Assembly (NCBI GenBank): GCA_963799775.1
Contig: CAWCYD010000003.1
Location: 384,001 to 448,000 of the forward strand
Source of the DNA: an uncultured archaeon
GTDB lineage: Archaea; Thermoproteota; Nitrososphaeria; Nitrososphaerales; Gagatemarchaeaceae
DNA length: 64,000 nt
Direction: 5' to 3'
Below, in pieces: positions 21,815-30,839 of this stretch (position 1 is the stretch's first letter; every line of letters starts with the position of its first letter). The notes under the pieces are model-generated. The model was not told where the DNA came from. It was given only the letters and a program-made list of their open reading frames with translations, and did no database searches. A program made the translations under genes and the position numbers.

Positions 21815-22820
21815 TTGGCGCAGATCGTAGGACTCTGGCTGGCAGAAGGCGATCACAAGACATTACGTGAGGTCACCTTCACCAACAATGACTCGAAACT
21901 CATAACCTTCTTTCACCACGTTCTTTGGGAGCACTTTACGCCACGTAACCCGCCAAGAGTCTACGTCTACCGACCGTCCAAGGATGCAACCTTCGACCGT
22001 CCGGTAATGGGCGCAGTTTACAGGTATTACATTGACCGACGGGCCAATGTGCCGTATTACATCTACAGAGTCTCTGGAGTTGAATTAGCGAGAATCTTGA
22101 GAAGAACCTCGCAGACGATATGCGCTGATTCGTCCAATTATCGGGGAATACTTCAGGGGTTCTTTGCCGGAGAAGGCAATATCAAGGAAACCATTGCTCA
22201 TTATTCGAGAGTGCTTAGAATCGCTCAAGGTAAGAGACTCGCTATTCTTGAGCGGATCTTGCGCTTTTTGAGTGTGAAGTTCAGCTACAAGCTGTCAGAA
22301 AGCTCCTACGTAATTTCGGGTCGAGACAACTTGGAAAAGCTATGGAGCATCGGCGTAAGCGAACTGCATTCGAAGAAGCACGCAAAATTTGCTGCTATGA
22401 TGTCCTCGTACCAACAATATCATTATCGACGAGGCTATCTCAGTGCTCGAATATTAGAGATCCTTTCGTTGCCCTTGACTACTCGCCAAATTGCCACCCG
22501 AGTGAATCGGGGTAAATCAAGGGTAAATCATCTATTGACTGCGCTCTGCCGGAAAGGCGAAGTCGAAATGTTCAAGGTTAGAAGCTCATATTATTGGGTA
22601 AGGAGCGACCAACAATGCGTAATAATCTCTAAGGAGAAGTCCACGATTCTAGAAGCGCTCTCCTGTCCTCGGCGACTATCGGAGATCGCCAAGGGCCGTC
22701 AACCGCACCGAGAAGTCAGTTTCCCATAGACTTGCAGAGTTGAACAGGCTCGGTCTTGTCATGAAAGCAAACTCTAATTGGCGAGCAATCGAGGTATCGA
22801 AGCGGGTGATTGTCAAATAA
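21815..22820 (+). CDS. Double-motif LAGLIDADG homing endonuclease with C-terminal HTH regions (frameshift ~22693; true start probably slightly upstream)
   Basis: Motifs DLAQIVGLWLAEGD and YRGILQGFFAGEGNI; visibly more AT-rich than flanks; corrected frame ends EVSKRVIVK* at 22820. Confidence 0.78.
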
Positions 22821-23496
22821 CGCTCATCGGTGGGGTCGATGAGGCCGGGAGAGAGCACGACGAAAAGTCGTCTCCCCGCGAGGCTGCGTACTCGGCCCGC
22901 TCGCGGTCGCAGGCGTCTCAATAGAATCATCTAGGCTGCAGGAACTCTCTGAGCTGGGGGTCAAGGACTCGAAGCTCCTCTCACCCAGCCAGCGGGACTC
23001 CCTCTACCCGGAGATCAAGAGAATCTGCAAGGGCGTCGAAGTCTCCTGCATCCCCCCGAAGATGATCGACCGATACGTCAGCAGGGGCAAGAAGTACAGG
23101 CGCCTCAACTACCTCGAGACCATCCACATGGCGAAGGTCATCGACGCGCTCTGCGTCGACGAGGTATTCGTCGACGCTCCGGACGTCAACCCGCCGAGGT
23201 TCACGATGGAGCTCGCCGAGCTGCTCACCACGACCCCACGGATAGTCGCCGAGCACAAGGCGGACGTCAACTACGCGGTCGTCTCCGCCGCCTCGATAAT
23301 CGCGAAGGTGGAGAGGGACCTCGAGGTCGCTGCGCTCAGGGAGATCCACGGCGACTTCGGCTCAGGCTACCCCTCGGACCCTGACACGATAGCCTTCCTG
23401 GAATCATGGGTGAAGAGGCAGAGCTCGCAGCCCGAGTTCGCCCGCAAGAGCTGGAAGACGTGGGAGAGGATAGTCCCGCTCCCCACCCTCGACTAG
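22820..23496 (+). CDS. rnhB: Ribonuclease HII, spliced: join(22820-22851, 22881-23496), ACG start
   Basis: Spliced frame reads (M)LIGGVDEAGRGCVLGPLAVAG...GVKDSKLL...AEHKADVNYAVVSAASIIAKVERD...GSGYPSD; 648 nt, in frame. Confidence 0.88.
22852..22880 (+). other. 29-nt bulge-helix-bulge mRNA intron in rnhB
   Basis: Central helix CGGG(22846-49)/CCCG(22875-78), bulges AGA(22850-52) and CGA(22879-81), intron stem GAG.ACGAC-GAAAA-GTCGT.CTC; cutting after the 2nd nt of each bulge gives GGG AG|A GGC = G-R-G. Confidence 0.85.
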
Positions 23497-24170
23497 TCAG
23501 CTCAGAAGCGCCGAGATCAGCGCGTGGTCCTTGTCGAACGGATGGAGGTCGACCACGCGCTCGACGACGAAACCAGCGTCCCTCAGCTTCTGGGCCTCTT
23601 CCTTGAAGACCAGCGAGGGCTCCTTCAGCTGGTCTATGCTCCTCGCTTTGACGATGAGCAGGATCCTGCCGCCCTTTCTGAGATGCCTCTTCGCGTTCGT
23701 TATCGCGATCTCGGTCTGGTCCCTCTGCGCGATGTCGCAGTAGAGCACGTCCATCTTCCCGAAGCCACCGAAGCTCCCGGTCTCCCTTGCGTCAGAGATG
23801 AAGGGTATGACATTGGGCCTCGCCTTCGCCACCTTCTCGATGAACTCTCTGCCCACGCGGGCGGAGAGCTCCACCCCAACAACCATCCCGCCCTCGCCGA
23901 CGATGTCCGAGACGTGCGAGATTGTCGTGCCCGTCGAGGCACCGAGATATACGGCACCTTGTCCCCGATGCTTATGACATCGGGAGAGACCGCGCCCTTG
24001 AGTATGCCCCCCGCGAGCTTGCTGCGGTAGGGGTCCCATGCCCTGTACTCGCTGCCGTGTATCTTGACGAGGTCTTCGTCATACGCCGTGCGGCCTGGGA
24101 CGAGATTTCTTGTGAAAACCTTTCTCCTTCCCGGCTCCCGGCCTTCCATAACGAGGACGTTGCTTGCCAT
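23497..24170 (-). CDS. flpA: Fibrillarin-like rRNA/tRNA 2'-O-methyltransferase, frameshift ~23955
   Basis: EYRAWDPYRSKLA, YLGASTGTTISHVSD, YCDIAQRDQ. Confidence 0.9.
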
Positions 24171-25315
24171 CGCGCCGGAACTCTCTTCGTTGTTCGGGTC
24201 GGGGCGCGGGTGGTTCCTTATACTTTATCCTGATTTCATTTAGTCTCTTCTCCAACAGGCCCGTGAGCTCCCCCGCCTTCTCTCCCCTGAAGTAGTCGAT
24301 CCTCGCTGCGATGGCAATCTTGTTCGCCAACGTGCGCGCGATCTTCCCTCTCTGCCATTTGGGCGCCGTGTGGACCGCCTCGTGCTGGAAGAGTATCCCG
24401 TGCTTCGGAGGCCTGGAGCCTGTCCTTATCGCCCTGAAGAGCGCCTTCTCAGCCCCCAGGACCTGGATCGTGCTGGCCGGAAGCCTGGCCATGCGCTCCA
24501 GCCCTCCCGCCCTGGCGATCAGCCTCGCCCCTATCGTCGCCCCCGCGACCGCGGTGACGTTGGGGGCGATCTTGTTCATCGTAGACTCCACCGTCTCGGC
24601 GAGCCTCTCCCTCTCCGCTGCTGTCTTGACCGCGAGCTCGGCCAGACCGACGATGCGGCGCATGTCCTTGTCTGAGATGCTGCCCCCCTTCGAGCGCTCG
24701 GCAGCGAGCACGATCGCCTCGGCCTTCTTGTCGCCGAACCCTTGCTTCTCGAGGGTCTCCTTGTCGAAGGTGCCCCGCTTTCCGATGTCTATGATCAGCT
24801 TGGCCAGCGCCAAGTTGTCTTTCAGGATGTCTTGAAGCTCAGGGAAATGCAGGCTGTACCACTCCATGGTCCTCTCGGTCGTGATGTTGAGGAACCGGTC
24901 CAGCTCGTCGAGGGCCTGTATCGCGTTGACGAGATGTATGGTCCTCTTTGGAGGAGGCCTCGCTCACCTCCTTCTCCGCCGCGGCTATGGCCCGCGCGCG
25001 AGTGCTCTCAAACGCGCTCTTGGCGTCGGACGCCAGACCCGCCTTTGCAATGATTTCGAACTTCCGCGAGTCCAGCTCGTCGCGCTCGTCGTCCGTTATA
25101 ATCGAGGTCTCGATCCCGAACTCTTCCATCTTCTCCTTCGCGGGCAGGCTCGACACCTTCAGCCGCCCGATGCCCTTCTTCTTGACCCCCTCCGCCACCC
25201 TGCGCAGGTAATCCTCTGCTCCGCCCTCCTTGCCCGACTTTTCCGAGAGGATGATGTCGTCGCCCTGCACGACCACGAAGCCGGCTTCGGTCTCGTAGAG
25301 GATGGGCTCGGCCAA
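24079..25315 (-). CDS. nop5: C/D box sRNP protein Nop5/Nop56, frameshift ~24940
   Basis: EWYSLHFPEL, PASTIQVLGAEKALF, PPKHGILFQH, GKIARTLA. Confidence 0.9.
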
Positions 25316-25403
25316 GAAAAATTCGATTGATGCACCCTCAGGGCACGGATAAAGGTTGTCGCCAATGCGCATTGCTGCTTATTAGCGGAACCCACTTCTC
25401 CAG

Positions 25404-25986
25404 ATGTTGGAGTACCGCTGCGAGTACTGCGGGGCAGTCTTCGCGGGAAAGAGGCAAGTTATCGGTCACAAGGTAGGCAAACACATCAAAGTAACCTCGT
25501 TTGCAGAACGCGAAGATCAAGCTCGATGGGTTGACTGAACGTCAGATAGGATACATCGCGGCTTTCTTGGACGGCGAAGGCGGCATTCAAATCACTAGGA
25601 CGACAAGAAAGGACAGGGAATACACCATAGCCCTCCATCCTTGCGTCTACTTTACCAACACGAATCGCGAAGTAATCGAGACGTTGAGGAGGTGGTTCTC
25701 CGCAGGATGTGTCGTGACCGCCAAGGCAAACAAGGAAGGCCACAAGCCAACCCATGTCCTTCACATCACAGGGACGAGGAACATCGTCTCCCTCCTTACA
25801 GTCGTCAGGCCATGCCTCATAGTCAAAGCGAAACAGGCCGACACCATGTTACAATTTTGCAAGAGCCGCCTCACTCACAACGCCGGAAAGGACCGAAGAT
25901 ATACCGAAGAGGAATTATCATTATATATGACTCTCAAAGCACTGAACGAGAGAGGTGTAAAGAAACGCCAACACACGGAAGTCTAA
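25404..25986 (+). CDS. Single-motif LAGLIDADG homing endonuclease, probably with an N-terminal C2H2 zinc finger (1-nt shift ~25500)
   Basis: ATG 25404 reads MLEYRCEYCGAVFAGKRQVIGHKVGKH; after an extra T the frame continues to QIGYIAAFLDGEGGI...FTNTN...LIVKAKQA. Confidence 0.8.
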
Positions 25987-26148
25987 CGAAGGCGGGGAAA
26001 TGCCAAATGGCACCCTTTAGTCCGCGGTCAGACCCCCAAGATAGAAGGCAAACCGCACAAGGGTAAGATCCCCAAAGTGAGGAACACCCGGACCTTCGTC
26101 AAGAGATTCACACTAAAGAGAAAGCCCGGACAGAATTGGAGACTTTAG
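25965..26148 (+). CDS. rps30e: 30S ribosomal protein S30e, spliced: join(25965-25999, 26019-26148), ACG start
   Basis: Spliced product (M)[53 protein letters not shown], 54 aa; divergent from nop5. Confidence 0.9.
26000..26018 (+). other. 19-nt bulge-helix-bulge mRNA intron in rps30e
   Basis: Central helix GGGG(25994-97)/CCCT(26013-16), bulges AAA(25998-26000) and TTA(26017-19), intron hairpin TGCC-AAAT-GGCA, exon stem GGC/GTC; splicing gives GGG AA|A GTC = G-K-V. Confidence 0.88.
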
Positions 26149-27765
26149 ACTCCGATTCTTTCTCGGACGGAGAGGCCGCGGCTACAGAGTGGCTAGTCGC
26201 CTCTATCCTCTCCGGCGAGATCTCTTCCCGCCAGCAACTGGAGAGAGCAAAGAAAGTCGCCGCCCGGGATTTTCACCTCGGCCGCTTTCTTACCAACTCC
26301 GAGATTTACCTCGCCCTCGAGCCCAACGATCGCGAGGGAAGGAAGGAGCTGTTCCGGGTCCATCCTCGCCGGAGCGCCTCCGGAATAGTCATCGTGACCG
26401 TCTTCACGGCGCCAGCAAACTGCCCTCACGGGACGTGCACCTACTGCCCGGGCGGGCCGAGCGTCGGCACACCACAGAGCTACGTGCCCGACGGTCCCAG
26501 CATGCGCGGGGCCCGGAGCGTCGGCTTCGACCCCTATCTGCAGGCGCAGAAGATGCTGAAGAAGTACCTCGACAGAGGACATGAGGCGTCAAAGGTCGAG
26601 CTGATGGTCGAGGGAGTGCACCTTCCTCGCCATGCCGAGAGAATACCAGGAGTGGTTCCTCAAGCGGGCCTTCGACGGCCTGAACTGCGCCCCGTCTCCG
26701 TCTCCTTCCCTAGAGCAGGCGCACTCGACGAACGAGTCCGCAGACTATAGGTCCGTTGGATTGACGATCGAGACCAAGCCCGACTGGTGCAGACCTGAGC
26801 ACGTGGACATGCTCCTCTCATATGGGGTGACCAAGGTGGAGATAGGGGTCCAAGCGCTTCGAGACGAGATCCTGACAAGGAGCAACCGCGGCCACGGCGT
26901 CCAGGACACGCTCGATGCGTTCCAGGTGGCGAGGGACGCCGGCCTGAAGGTCACTGCCCACATGATGCCTGGCCTTCCGGGCTCGAACCCCGAGGACGAC
27001 CTAGCCGACCTGCTCAGGCTCTTCGAGGACGACGCCTTGCGCCCGGACATGATGAAGCTCTATCCTACCACGGTCGTGAAGGGGACGGCCCTCGCGAGGA
27101 TGTGCGAGGCGGGCCGGTACACGCCCTATGACCTTGAGACGGTGGTGAACCTGATCGCGGAGATGAAAGTCCACGTCCCCGCCTGGCACCGGATAATGAG
27201 GATCCAGAGAGAGATACCAGAGGCTGACATAGCGGCGGGAAGCAAGGCTGGCAACCTCCGGGAGATGGTCTTGGCCAAGCTGCGGGCAGACGGGCACACA
27301 TGCGGTTGCATCAGGTGCAGGGAGGTGGCGATGGACTCGCCTTCAGACCTAGACGAGGCGTCGCAGGGCGAGCTGGTCATCCGGAACCAGAGCTACCGCG
27401 CCTCAGGGGGGACGGAAGTCTTCTGCACGTACGAGTTCAGCAACTCCAGGAAACTGGCTGGTTTCATCCGCATGCGGGCTCCCTCGGCCGAGGCACACAG
27501 GCCCGAGATGGCAGACCATCAAGTGTGCATAGTCCGCGAGCTCAAGGTCTACGGGCGCGTCGTCTCGGTCGGATCCAGGGACGCTGCTGCCTTCCAGCAC
27601 CGAGGGCTCGGTCACTCGCTGCTCGAGGAGATGGAAGAGGAGGCGAGGCGAAGCTTCGACGCCCGCAGGTTGCTCGTGATGAGCGCCGTTGGAACCAGGA
27701 ACTACTACAGGAAGTTCGGGTACGAGAGGTCGGGGCCTTACATGGCAAAGGCGCTCGCGTCCTAA
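26136..27765 (+). CDS. elp3: Elp3 radical-SAM/GNAT tRNA uridine(34) acetyltransferase, frameshift ~26618
   Basis: CPHGTCTYCPGG, TIETKPD, AHMMPGLPG, IVRELKVYG, FQHRGLG. Confidence 0.92.
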
Positions 27766-27793
27766 GGAAGACGAAGGAGTCCCGACCTCACGC

Positions 27794-28465
27794 TTGATCA
27801 TCGGCAACTGCAGGTTCGCCGACGATGTCTTGTATGACCCGTCCATCGGCACGTGGGTGCGTTTCTCGCGGGCTTCACAAGGAGCGACTGTCGGAATAGA
27901 CACCATATTCGCCTGGCTGATGGGCCGGGTCACGTCTGTCTCTTTCAAGCCAACGGGGGGCGTGATAGAGCGAGGGAAGGCGCTGGGGGCGGTCGAGAGC
28001 GCGCGCCACTTCGACGTCGTGAGGGCTCCGATAAGCGGCAGGATCCTCGCGGTGAACGACGAGCTCGCAGGGAACCCGAGATTGCTCAATCACGACCCGT
28101 ACGGCGAGGGCTGGTTTGCGAAGCTCGAGCCGCTAGAGGGAGCCGCGGTCGCGGGAGTAGAGCCTCCGGAGGCGGCGAGGCCAGCGCTCGAGGCGAAGAT
28201 TGCCGAGCTCAAGATAAGATGCTTCGCCGAGTACCCGGACCAGGAGATGTACGAGATAGGGACCGAGTGCTCGGCCGTGCTCGTCAGGCTGGACGAGCTC
28301 CTGTCTGGCTCCAAGGTCGGGACAGTCGTCCACCTCGTGTCTGATGATCCCTCCTCGCAGGTCGAGATGGTCGGGTGGGCTGACCGGACGGGAAACGCCC
28401 TCCTGGAGACCCGCAGGGAGGACAAGCTGGTGCACTACATCGTGAAGAAAACCGGTGAGAGGTGA
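27794..28465 (+). CDS. GcvH-like domain fused to a TusA-like domain
   Basis: VESARHFDVVRAPISG...NPRLLNHDPYGEGW (H-protein fold), then GTEC...VHLVSDDPSSQVEMVGWADRTGN. Confidence 0.75.
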   Translation: MIIGNCRFADDVLYDPSIGTWVRFSRASQGATVGIDTIFAWLMGRVTSVSFKPTGGVIERGKALGAVESARHFDVVRAPISGRILAVNDELAGNPRLLNHDPYGEGWFAKLEPLEGAAVAGVEPPEAARPALEAKIAELKIRCFAEYPDQEMYEIGTECSAVLVRLDELLSGSKVGTVVHLVSDDPSSQVEMVGWADRTGNALLETRREDKLVHYIVKKTGER

Positions 28466-28472
28466 ACCGATC

Positions 28473-29330
28473 CTACGGCTTCTCTACTGGCGTCCCTACA
28501 GAGTTACCCCACTCCGTCCAAGAACCGTCGTAGTTCTTGACGTTGGGGTAGCCCAGCAGGTACTTCAGCACGAACCAGCTGTGGGACGACCTCTCGCCGA
28601 TCCTGCAGTATGTGATGATCTCCTTGTCCGAGGTCACTCCCTTTGGGAAGTATAGGGCCTCGATGTCCTTGCGGGACTTGAATGTCCCGTCCGCATCGTT
28701 CACGGTCTGCGCCCAAGGGATGTTCCTCGCGCCGGGGATGTGGCCGCCCCTCTGGGCGTGCTCGGTAGGATACTCGGGCGGAGCCAATATTTCGCCGCTG
28801 AACTCCTTGGGGCCTCTCACGTCAACGAGGACCTTGTCGCCCAGCCTCAGGCCTTGCAGGACGTATTCCTTGAAGACCCTCAGAGATGGATCGGGCTTGC
28901 CGACCTTGTACTCAGTCCTCTGGGGTGTCGGCACGTCCTTTGTGACCGGCTTGTCCTCGAGGAGCCACTTCTTCCTCCCGCCGTTCATTAGCTTGACCTT
29001 CTCCACGCCTCTGTACTTGAAGGCCCAGAAAGCAAACGTGGCGAACCAGTTGTTGAAGTCGCCGTAGAGCACGAGCCATGTGTCGCTTCCGATGCCCGCG
29101 GAGCTGAACAGGGCCTCCAGTTGCTCCTTGCTCAGGACGTCACGTTGGGTGGGGTCGTTGATGTCCCTCTTCCAGTCAAACAGCACCGCCCCAGGAATGT
29201 GACCAGTGCCATAGTTGGCGGCCGGGTCGTAATCGACCTCGGCGATTCTGACGTTCGGATCCTTGTGGTGCTGCAGAACCCATCCAGTGTCCACAAGCAC
29301 TTCAGGATGTGCGTATTCGACGGCGCTCAT
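28473..29330 (-). CDS. Thiosulfate sulfurtransferase (two-domain rhodanese)
   Basis: GHIPGA, TYCRIGERSS, NYDGSWTEWG. Confidence 0.92.
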   Translation of the reverse strand: MSAVEYAHPEVLVDTGWVLQHHKDPNVRIAEVDYDPAANYGTGHIPGAVLFDWKRDINDPTQRDVLSKEQLEALFSSAGIGSDTWLVLYGDFNNWFATFAFWAFKYRGVEKVKLMNGGRKKWLLEDKPVTKDVPTPQRTEYKVGKPDPSLRVFKEYVLQGLRLGDKVLVDVRGPKEFSGEILAPPEYPTEHAQRGGHIPGARNIPWAQTVNDADGTFKSRKDIEALYFPKGVTSDKEIITYCRIGERSSHSWFVLKYLLGYPNVKNYDGSWTEWGNSVGTPVEKP

Positions 29331-29512
29331 ATTTTTGAACCGCGATTATTCTCTATATTAATACGATTGTCCAAGATATTCTTTCTAGAATGCAGGAAGG
29401 GCGTGCGAAGAGAGGCCTGAGCCTGGCTAGCTCGCCCGGCCTTTCGTAGGCGCCGAACCCGAACGGGGCCTCAAAACTTTATGCCGTCCGCGTCGGGAGC
29501 GAAAGCCACCAA

Positions 29513-30833
29513 ATGGCAGCGCCTTCTGGATATCGGGGACCTTCAGCCAAATTTCTAGAGAAGGCTGGGGTGACGATCGGGGACGTCCTAGAGGTCACCA
29601 CAGGAGACCAGAAGATCAAGGGGACCCTCGTGCCCCGATACGAGCACGACGACGACAGACACATCGTGATCAAGCTCAGGAGCGGGTACAACGTCGGCAT
29701 CGCCGTCGAGAAGATCACCGGCGTCGCCCGGATCGCCAAGGGAGAGGCCCCGAGGTTCGTCGCCCCCCCAAGCGCCGTCTCGAGCGACCTGCCCAAGGTC
29801 TCGATCCTCGGGACCGGCGGGACGATCGCGAGCCGTGTCGACTACAGGACCGGAGCGGTTCACCCTGCGACCACTTCGGAGGAGCTATACTCGCTCTTCC
29901 CCGAGCTCTCAGAGATCGCATCTATCACGCCTGAGATAGTCCTGAGCGTCTACAGCGAGAACCTCGAGCCTTCGCACTGGGAGGTCATAGCGAAGAAGGT
30001 CTCCGATGTCGTCTCCAAGGGAGTCTCCGGGGTGATCTTGACGATGGGGACGGACACGATGGGATACACCGCCGCGGGCCTGAGCTTCGCCCTCAGGGGG
30101 CTGCCGGTCCCCCTCTTCATAGTGGGGTCGCAAAGGTCGTCTGACAGGCCCTCGTCGGACGCGTTCCTGAACCTCATAGGCGCGGCGAACCTAGCCGTGA
30201 AGGCCGACTTTTCAGGCGTGTTCGTCGCCATGCACGCGGACTCGAGCGACGAGAGGATCGCCATCCATCGGGGCACCAGAGTCCGGAAGAACCACACCAG
30301 CTCGAGAGACGCTTTCGAGTCGATGGGCGTGGAGCCGGTGGGGTACTGGTCTCGTCTCGGATTCATTCCAACGGCTCACGACCCGCCTCCACCCCGAGGC
30401 AAGCCGAGCAGCTTCGTCGCCATGCCCAAGTTCGACCAGCGCGCGGCGCTCGTGAAGTTCTATCCTTCGATGTCGACCGGGTACCTCGAGGCCTTGCTGG
30501 GGTCGGGCCTGAAGGGGGTCGTCTTCGAGGGGACAGGCCTGGGTCACATCAACAGCAAGAACATCGAAGTGGTGAAGCGGTTCATCGACGATGGCGGCGT
30601 GGCTTGCATGACGTCGCAATGCCTCTGGGGGAGGGTCGACATGAACGTCTACGACACCGGAAGGGGCACTCCTCAGGGCCGGAGTCCTGAGCCTGGAAGA
30701 CACGCTCCCGGAGGCGGCCGTCGCGAAGCTGATGTGGGCGCTGGCCAACTCGCAGTCGAAGGACGAGGTCCAGAAGATGATGCAGACGAACCTGGCCGGG
30801 GAGATGAGCGCCAGGAGCATCCTGAGGGAGTAG
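29513..30833 (+). CDS. gatD: Glutamyl-tRNA(Gln) amidotransferase subunit D, frameshift ~30663
   Basis: IKLRSGYNVG, GTGGTIASRVDYRTGAV, GTDTM, GSQRSSDRPSSD. Confidence 0.92.
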
Positions 30834-30839
30834 AGCCGC

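Noticed and set aside
21815-25986. The LAGLIDADG ORFs as inteins or as ORFs inside large introns
   Set aside because: Each has its own stop codon and no intein splice motifs, and I found no upstream exon or BHB pairing enclosing them; they lie outside the micro-introns
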